From: Candidatus Altimarinota bacterium | Lineage (GTDB): Bacteria; Patescibacteriota; Gracilibacteria; UBA1369 | Assembly (NCBI GenBank): GCA_041659405.1 | Contig: JBAZYK010000005.1 | Coordinates: 74,283-106,282, forward strand | Length of the DNA stretch: 32,000 nucleotides | Reading direction: 5' to 3' | In this document: positions 24,372 to 32,000 of the stretch, piece by piece | Layout of the letters: the number at the start of each line of letters is the position of its first letter | How positions within the stretch are numbered: the stretch's first letter is position 1 | Position numbers and translations under genes: made by a program | Notes under the pieces: model-generated | The model's input: the letters and a program-made list of their open reading frames with translations, nothing else | The model's database searches: none | Told to the model about the DNA's origin: nothing

Positions 24372-26072
24372 ATGTCACTCTATCGAAAATATCGTCCACA
24401 AAATTTTGCCAATTTGGTGGGGCAGGAACATGTCCGGACGACGATTATTAACGCTCTAACAAGCGGAAATGTGAATCATGCCTATCTTTTTACCGGTCCG
24501 CGTGGGACGGGGAAGACTTCAACGGCAAGACTGCTGGCTAAAGCGATCAACTGTGAAAATCTGCAAAAGACCAGGCAAGGTGACGCTGGAGATAGCGCAA
24601 ATAAGGGTTTGAGCAATTGGGTCGAACCGTGTGAAACTTGTGATATTTGTAAGGATATTACCGATGGCCGTCTGATCGATTTGATTGAAATTGATGCGGC
24701 AAGTAATCGTGGTATTGATGAAATTCGTGATCTGCGAGAGAAAATTCAGTTTTCGCCAACACGCGCGCGCAGCAAAGTGTACATTATAGATGAAGTCCAC
24801 ATGCTGACCAAAGAGGCGTTTAATGCCTTATTGAAGACCTTGGAAGAACCACCGTCTCATGTTTATTTTATTTTGGCGACGACGGAAGTTCACAAAATTC
24901 CGGAAACTATTTTAAGTCGCTGCCAGCGGTTTGATTTTAAGCGCATTGATGACAAAACTCTGCAGGATAGATTGGCTTTTATTGCTAAAGAAGAAAAGAT
25001 TGAAGCGGAAGAAGCGGCGCTGGAAATTATTGTGCGATCAGCTCAGGGAGGGCTTAGAGATGCGATTGGTTTATTGGAGCAACTCAATCAAAATGGAGTC
25101 CTTGCATTTAAACATGTGCAACAGGCTTTGGGCATTAGTGGAAAAATGAGTTTGGACAATCTTTATGAGAGTTTGAACAAGAAAAATGTTCAGGCTGGAT
25201 TGGCTGAGATCCATGCACTTTACACTGAAGGATACGATCTGAATCAGTTTAATAAAGATTTTCTGGAACTGCTTAGAAAGGAAATGTTGATAAGTGTTGA
25301 AGCCGGAAAAATTCAGGATACCGCCTGGATTTTAAAAATGATTGGCTATTTTCAGCAATCATATGAGCAAATGCGCTTTAGCACGATCCCGCAATTACCT
25401 TTGGAAGTTGCGATTATTCAGAGTTGTTTGGAGCTTGAAGCGGTCCAAGCTAAGTCTATAAATCTGTCAAAACCCGTTGCGGTTTCCGCTCCGCCAGCAG
25501 AGAAATCGGCGACTGTGGTAAAAGCTCAGGCCGTTGCGGCAAAAGTTGAACCAGCTGTGATAGCGATAGAGCGCAAACATCAGCCGATTGAGCCGATCGC
25601 AAAGCCGATTCAAACACCTGTACAAGCTCATGCTCAAGTGCCATCTGCGCAAGCGCAAGTACAAGCACCCGAGAAAGTAGCCACAACTCAGGCCCCAGTT
25701 TCACCTGTTGCAACTGCTGAAATCTCCACTCCTGCAAAAACGGTTTCATTATCTTTGGACGAAATCAAAAAACAGTGGAATCGTGTTGTTGATAAGCTTA
25801 AAAGCTCGATTGGAAAAAAGACGATTACTACCGGTCGAATTAAATCATTTGAAGGTAATGAATTAAGAATGAGTTTTCAAAGCCAATTTCATTTAAGCAA
25901 AATCAAAGAAAATACGGTAAGTATGGACATTGAAGAAGCGCTTTTAGCCGTGTTTCAGACACATTTGAAATTTGTGCCTGTTTTGGAAGATATGCCAAAA
26001 CTTTCCCAAGCGGAATCAGAAGAAGCTTCAAAATTGCTGGAAGTTTTTGGTGGCGAGTTGGTGCAAGACTAA
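24372..26072 (+). CDS. dnaX: DNA polymerase III subunit gamma/tau
   Basis: The start is set at MSLYRKYRPQNFANLVGQEH, the canonical DnaX N-terminus. Walker A is GPRGTGKTS, Walker B is IIDEVHML, and the sensor is LSRCQRF. A Cys cluster C...CETCDIC is present. An Ala/Pro/Val/Gln-rich linker precedes a C-terminal domain. Confidence 0.95.
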   Translation: MSLYRKYRPQNFANLVGQEHVRTTIINALTSGNVNHAYLFTGPRGTGKTSTARLLAKAINCENLQKTRQGDAGDSANKGLSNWVEPCETCDICKDITDGRLIDLIEIDAASNRGIDEIRDLREKIQFSPTRARSKVYIIDEVHMLTKEAFNALLKTLEEPPSHVYFILATTEVHKIPETILSRCQRFDFKRIDDKTLQDRLAFIAKEEKIEAEEAALEIIVRSAQGGLRDAIGLLEQLNQNGVLAFKHVQQALGISGKMSLDNLYESLNKKNVQAGLAEIHALYTEGYDLNQFNKDFLELLRKEMLISVEAGKIQDTAWILKMIGYFQQSYEQMRFSTIPQLPLEVAIIQSCLELEAVQAKSINLSKPVAVSAPPAEKSATVVKAQAVAAKVEPAVIAIERKHQPIEPIAKPIQTPVQAHAQVPSAQAQVQAPEKVATTQAPVSPVATAEISTPAKTVSLSLDEIKKQWNRVVDKLKSSIGKKTITTGRIKSFEGNELRMSFQSQFHLSKIKENTVSMDIEEALLAVFQTHLKFVPVLEDMPKLSQAESEEASKLLEVFGGELVQD

Positions 26073-26128
26073 AAAAACGCCGACTTGCGCGCGGAGTTGA
26101 TGTGGTTTATGCGCAGATTTAGCAATGG

Positions 26129-28162
<2,034 letters not shown>

Positions 28163-28251
28163 TTAGTGAAGTTTCAGGTCGTTTTAAGCTTTGCCGTTTG
28201 GGAAAAGCCTTACTGATCATATAAGCTTTCTTGGTTTTTGGCAATTAGCAG

Positions 28252-28280
28252 TGGTTTTTTGCCGGATTTTGTGCTAAAAT
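28252..28280 (+). promoter_or_regulatory. Promoter candidate with extended -10
   Basis: A weak -35 TGGTTT at 28252-28257, a 17-nt spacer, and TGcTAAAAT with the -10 at 28275-28280. It lies 25 nt upstream of the ATG at 28306. Confidence 0.3.
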
Positions 28281-28305
28281 GTTATGATATTTAAAGCAAA
28301 AACAG

Positions 28306-28719
28306 ATGGCTGACCAAAATGCGCAAAATCAGGACAATATTCCTAAACTTCCTTTTCAGGATGCCGTAATTAGCGATGAAGTGCAGCAAAGATTGAATCA
28401 ACCGCTTGCAAATCCTGAAAGTATGGATCCTAAAGACGAACAGTTTTTGGCTATGATCATGGAAAAAGTCGATAAAGGTGAAATCAATCTTTATCGTCCT
28501 TCCACCATGATAAATTATGTAGTTTATGACAAGCTGGATGCCAATCTTCAGGCAAAAGTGGAAACTGATGCGTTTAATTTGTTGGCTACAATCCGCGAAA
28601 TTCGTGGACTTTGGAGTATGGGAGATCGCAATACTTACCAGGTTGAAAATCTTACCCACAAAATCCGCGTGACCAAGGAACGCCTGGAGACCGCCCAAGG
28701 TGATGTTTATATAATTTAA
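28306..28719 (+). CDS. Conserved hypothetical protein (137 aa)
   Basis: The ORF runs from ATG to TAA. The segment INLYRPSTMINYVVYDKL...AFNLLATIREIRGLW...TYQVENLTHKIRVTKERLE resembles a family I recall as widespread in small-genome uncultivated bacteria. Its function is unknown. Confidence 0.75.
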   Translation: MADQNAQNQDNIPKLPFQDAVISDEVQQRLNQPLANPESMDPKDEQFLAMIMEKVDKGEINLYRPSTMINYVVYDKLDANLQAKVETDAFNLLATIREIRGLWSMGDRNTYQVENLTHKIRVTKERLETAQGDVYII

Positions 28720-28725
28720 TTTTAT

Positions 28726-29997
28726 ATGGCTGAGGGACTTGCAGAAAGCATAGGCAAAATGCCGAATAAAGATGATCGTGCGGCAATTGAAGCGGTGTTG
28801 CCAAAGGAACAGATGGAAGCGATTCAACGTGGGAAAATCGATGCCGGTTTGGCAAAGTTACAAGGTTCGATTGATGCCAGAATTCAGGGAAAAACTGAAT
28901 TGCATGAGGTTTTGAAAGAAGTCGAAAAAGCTAAGAATTTGGCGGATTTGTCCAAAAAATTAAATGTACTAAAAGAAAGGGTTGATAAATCTTCTCTTTC
29001 TTCCAAAGATGCTTTTATTGCTAGGCTTAAAATCTTGGAAGATAATCTTAAAAAAGTGGATGATCCAAGTTTAATTGAACCAAATCTGAACCAAATTGAA
29101 GCGGAAATAAATCAGCAAGTGGTGGCTCCGGTAAGTCCAAGTCCGGCGCCTGTTGCACCTAATTCCGCGCCAATCGTAGCGCCGGCTCCGGCTGCTGCGC
29201 CTGTTGTTGCGCCTATAGCTGCTACTGCGCCGATCGTGGCTCCGGCTGCTGCGCCTGCGGCACCTACTCCTGCGCCGACCGTGGCTCCTAATGCGGTGCC
29301 AGCGCCAGTGGTCACAGCGGCTCCGGCCACAGCTCCAGCGCCTGCTCCAACTCCAGCACCTGCTCCCGCGCCAACCGCTGCACCAACACCCGCTCCCGCG
29401 CCTACAGCCACTGCTCCTGAAACAACCGCCCCGGTAGCTCCAACGGCACCAGAAACGGCTGCTGAACCCGAAGAAGAAGCTGGTTTCCTTGATAGTCTTG
29501 CTGATGATCCAAAAGTGAAGGAAAGCATTGATAAATTGGGGAAAATCGCAATAATTGGACCGCTTATTCTGTCTATATTCTTTACGAAAACAGCACTGGA
29601 TAAATTAGGGATTAAAGCACCGGAAATGAGCATGAAGGGCCTGGAAGAACTGATGAAAAATTTAAAATTGGACTCTGGTAAGGCTAAAGAATTCAAGGAA
29701 CAAATTCAAAAAAAGATTTTCCCTGATGATTTTGGCGTTAAAGAAGACCTCAAACATTCACCGCCGGTTACTCGTGATATTGTAGCCAAAAGATTGGCGC
29801 TACTTGGTAGCGAAAAAGTGGGCGAGCTCATGAAAAAAGACGAGGTTCCGGGATATGAAAAAGCTGATTGGAAAAATATTAAGGCTTTGCTTACAAAGAA
29901 TGGCGCGAAGGAATCAACAGAAGGCACTGTTTTTGAATTTGTGCTCACACGTTTGTCGGATAAAACAAACCCATGGAAAGCTCCGGAAGCTACTTAA
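28726..29997 (+). CDS. Hypothetical protein with coiled-coil N-terminus, about 115-aa Ala/Pro-rich linker and a hydrophobic segment
   Basis: 423-codon ORF starting 6 nt after the previous gene. A central PAPA-type low-complexity region is present. The hydrophobic stretch IAIIGPLILSIFF follows it. Confidence 0.75.
   Translation: MAEGLAESIGKMPNKDDRAAIEAVLPKEQMEAIQRGKIDAGLAKLQGSIDARIQGKTELHEVLKEVEKAKNLADLSKKLNVLKERVDKSSLSSKDAFIARLKILEDNLKKVDDPSLIEPNLNQIEAEINQQVVAPVSPSPAPVAPNSAPIVAPAPAAAPVVAPIAATAPIVAPAAAPAAPTPAPTVAPNAVPAPVVTAAPATAPAPAPTPAPAPAPTAAPTPAPAPTATAPETTAPVAPTAPETAAEPEEEAGFLDSLADDPKVKESIDKLGKIAIIGPLILSIFFTKTALDKLGIKAPEMSMKGLEELMKNLKLDSGKAKEFKEQIQKKIFPDDFGVKEDLKHSPPVTRDIVAKRLALLGSEKVGELMKKDEVPGYEKADWKNIKALLTKNGAKESTEGTVFEFVLTRLSDKTNPWKAPEAT
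29119..29466 (+). repeat. GC-rich low-complexity coding tract (Ala/Pro/Thr/Val repeats)
   Basis: The codon series GCN/CCN/ACN/GTN encodes VVAPVSPSPAPVAPNSAPIVAPAPAAAPVVAP...APTPAPAPTATAPETTAPVAPTAPETAA. It also generates the spurious antisense ORF at 29112-29696. Confidence 0.85.
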
Positions 29998-30010
29998 AAT
30001 CTGCAACCCA

Positions 30011-30040
30011 TTGCGATAAACCGCAAATTCCTGATATAAT
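30011..30040 (+). promoter_or_regulatory. Sigma-70-like promoter candidate
   Basis: TTGCGA at 30011-30016, an 18-nt spacer, and a consensus TATAAT at 30035-30040. It lies 20 nt upstream of the ATG at 30061. Confidence 0.4.
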
Positions 30041-30060
30041 GTAATAAACTAAAAACAAAT

Positions 30061-30669
30061 ATGGCTGACGATCTTCAAATCAAACCACAGGCAAATTCCA
30101 ATCTGAGCGCGACAACGCAGGCAGCGGCGCCCCAGAGTCAGGCACAAAACCAGACAACTCCTCCACAGGTGATTGATTTGCGAAATATGGATCAAAAACC
30201 TGCCACGGCTGCAGCAACTACGGCTACATCTGCAAAACCAGCTGCGACTACTGCGGCGGCTCCTTCAACAAGCACTCAAGATAACTCCAGTTTTACAGCA
30301 GCAAGCGGAAAAACTTATGCCGTTCCGGAAATGGTTAAAACCAAATTCCCTGATCTGGTCCAGCTGATCAAAGAAACTGAGTCCATGAATGATGAGGAAC
30401 GTGAATACTGGTTTCAGATCATGCCGATTATGACCGAGGATCAAATCCTGAAATTCCGTGAAATTTTGGTAAATGAAAAAGATCAATTATCAAAATTGGA
30501 TAAAGAATATGAAAGTGAACTGACCAAGCTGAATGAAAAGCACATGATTGAATGGAAGGATTTTGAAACCAAGGAAAAGCGCAAGGCTTTGACCCAGGCG
30601 GAACAGAAATCCAAGGCCGATGAAAAATCAACGGAAGAAGATTTGCTCCAACGTTTGAGTCAGGTTTAA
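30061..30669 (+). CDS. Hypothetical protein: Q/A/T-rich disordered N-terminus plus conserved helical C-terminal module (paralog of 5486-6031)
   Basis: 202-codon ORF. See the by-eye alignment given for the 5486-6031 gene. Confidence 0.75.
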   Translation: MADDLQIKPQANSNLSATTQAAAPQSQAQNQTTPPQVIDLRNMDQKPATAAATTATSAKPAATTAAAPSTSTQDNSSFTAASGKTYAVPEMVKTKFPDLVQLIKETESMNDEEREYWFQIMPIMTEDQILKFREILVNEKDQLSKLDKEYESELTKLNEKHMIEWKDFETKEKRKALTQAEQKSKADEKSTEEDLLQRLSQV

Positions 30670-30700
30670 AATTTTTAGCTACGTAAAATTTTGGTCGCGT

Positions 30701-31780
30701 TTAATTAGTGACCGGCTTGGCGATTACGACCAGGCGTTTTAAGTTTGTGCCCACCGGCGTACATGTGATTAAAGTGAGTTTATCGCCGTTGCCCTGCGTT
30801 AAAACGTCTACTTTATCCGGTGTGACAACTTTAATGTCGTAAACTTCATAGACGAAGAGTTTTTGGTTGTGATAAACCAGAATTTTGTCGCCGATTACAA
30901 CCTGATGCAGAAGCGCAAAAACGTCCTTAAACCGGCCGGGATCCCAGGCAAAATATGAACTATGACCGGTAATTACAACGTTGCCTTTTTCGCCAGGCTC
31001 TGCTGTCCCCGGGTAATGCACAACACCATCACGCAGGGCCCCCTGAATATCTTTTTCCAAAGCGCTCCAATCACGTTTAACCAGATTTTGATCAGTAGTT
31101 TTTACAATCGGCACATTTTTATTGATGCGTGGAATAATAATGCGCTCATCCGGTGGCGCAATGTCCATCATTAAAGGTGGCACCTGTTTTTTGTCCTGAG
31201 CGGCAAGCGGCAAAGGTTGTTGGCTTTGGCTGGCGGCGCCGTGGTTATCTATGGCCTGTGGAAGGTATTGAACTTCTACCTGCCCGCGTAATTTGTTCAA
31301 TTTATCCAGAAGGATTGAACTGTATGCCTGAAAATTGATGACAAAAAAGAGAACTGCAAAAATCAGAGCGGACGTTGCGATCCATTCCAAAGTGTTCCAG
31401 ATTTTTATGGCCAGAGGTGAGGATTTTGAAGGCTTTGGGGAGCGATTAGCCGCTGGGTTTGGCGTTTTAGCCGCGGCTGCAGTGGCTTTTTGCGCCGACA
31501 TCCCTGTGCCAGAATTATGGCTTTCCCTATGAGCGGCGGCCGAAACTGGCAAAGAAACCGTTGATCTAGTCACTTTTACTTCATTTGGCGCTTGCGCAGC
31601 TTCAATATGGAGCTCATAGGATTTATGGGGCTCGGTGGCGGCTGCGGTAGCGGCATTTGCGACTGGGCTAGCGGCAGTATTTGTCAAATCTTCGGTATTA
31701 GCTGCGGTTTCGGCAGCATTAACCTCGCTTTGAATTTTGATGGTTTTGGTGCGAGTTTTTTTTGGTTTTTGTTCAGGCAT
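30701..31780 (-). CDS. Sortase-family transpeptidase with long disordered N-terminus and TM anchor
   Basis: The TM segment is IATSALIFAVLFFVINF. The catalytic His context is GNVVITGHSSYF, the Cys motif is LTLITCTP (TLxTC), and a downstream Arg lies in LKRLVVIAKP. Confidence 0.88.
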   Translation of the reverse strand: MPEQKPKKTRTKTIKIQSEVNAAETAANTEDLTNTAASPVANAATAAATEPHKSYELHIEAAQAPNEVKVTRSTVSLPVSAAAHRESHNSGTGMSAQKATAAAAKTPNPAANRSPKPSKSSPLAIKIWNTLEWIATSALIFAVLFFVINFQAYSSILLDKLNKLRGQVEVQYLPQAIDNHGAASQSQQPLPLAAQDKKQVPPLMMDIAPPDERIIIPRINKNVPIVKTTDQNLVKRDWSALEKDIQGALRDGVVHYPGTAEPGEKGNVVITGHSSYFAWDPGRFKDVFALLHQVVIGDKILVYHNQKLFVYEVYDIKVVTPDKVDVLTQGNGDKLTLITCTPVGTNLKRLVVIAKPVTN

Positions 31781-31803
31781 TTAAAATGCTTTAAATTCCC
31801 TCC

Positions 31804-31832
31804 ATTATAACGTTTTTTTGGGTTTTATACAA
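31804..31832 (-). promoter_or_regulatory. Sigma-70-like promoter candidate (minus strand) for the sortase gene
   Basis: The minus strand reads TTGTAT (31832-31827), a 17-nt spacer, and TATAAT (31809-31804). It lies 23 nt upstream of the ATG at 31780. Confidence 0.4.
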
Positions 31833-31952
31833 GGCTACAGCAAGCCATTTCCCTAAAAAAGCAAGACCTGATCCACCCCTTTCCAAGATTTCGAGAGTGC
31901 GAGACGGATTTGATATTGAGGGAAAGAGAAAAAACAGGTTTTAAGCCACAAC

Positions 31953-31997
31953 AAAAAGAGGGATGATGAAAGATGACTAAATCATCACCATTCCCTC
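31953..31997 (-). terminator. Intrinsic terminator candidate for a minus-strand gene lying beyond the window end
   Basis: The minus strand reads GAGGGA-atgg-TGATGA-(12-nt loop)-TCATCA-TCCCTC followed directly by TTTTTGTTG. On the plus strand the stem halves are 31958-31969 and 31982-31997, and the A5 run is 31953-31957. Confidence 0.45.
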
Positions 31998-32000
31998 CAT

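Noticed and set aside
29112-29696. A 194-codon minus-strand ORF, and similar long antisense or overlapping ORFs in the track (e.g. 2072-2614 -, 2632-3159 -, 11444-11968 -, 22424-22924 -, 26190-26732 +, 28291-28827 -, 4173-4538 -).
   Set aside because: Each lies entirely inside, or largely overlaps, a well-supported gene on the other strand or frame with clear family motifs. The 29112-29696 ORF is simply the complement of a GC-rich Ala/Pro tract, giving G/A/V-rich nonsense. None has an independent signal.
30662-30700. An AT-only inverted repeat (AAAATTTTTA-gctacg-TAAAATTTT) between the convergent 30061-30669 and sortase genes, read as a bidirectional terminator.
   Set aside because: The stem is composed purely of A-T pairs with a register slip and would be very unstable. 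I cannot distinguish it from chance in AT-rich DNA.

Overview
AT-rich bacterial chromosomal segment read in the standard genetic code. TGA is used as a natural stop, for example at the end of polX. I call 30 protein-coding genes (plus one doubtful 54-codon ORF) and one tRNA-Val(GAC). There is no rRNA, CRISPR array, transposase or integrase. Housekeeping genes that I recognise from motifs are a partial ftsA-like gene, comF, two GT4 glycosyltransferases, polX, nfo, dnaX, ligA and a sortase. Many other genes encode low-complexity or conserved-hypothetical proteins, start codons almost never have a Shine-Dalgarno sequence, and core enzymes carry inserts. This style suggests a small-genome uncultivated lineage (CPR/Patescibacteria-like), which is an inference only. 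The clearly accessory part is a type I restriction-modification operon (about 11.1-20.1 kb) whose hsdM, hsdS and hsdR genes are separated by six extra same-strand ORFs. These are a DUF3800-like gene coupled to hsdM, a zinc-ribbon / HEPN-like / PIN-like trio, and a two-TM membrane protein in the position that prrC occupies in the E. coli prr locus. I rank this embedded gene set as the best candidate for an undescribed defence or fail-safe module. The second notable item is a pair of long hairpins (375-459 and 2371-2450). They share an identical 24-nt GC-rich apex on different, self-complementary stems. Each begins exactly 5 nt after a TAA stop codon, and together they bracket one gene. All functional calls rest on motif recognition from memory. 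No database search or computation was run.
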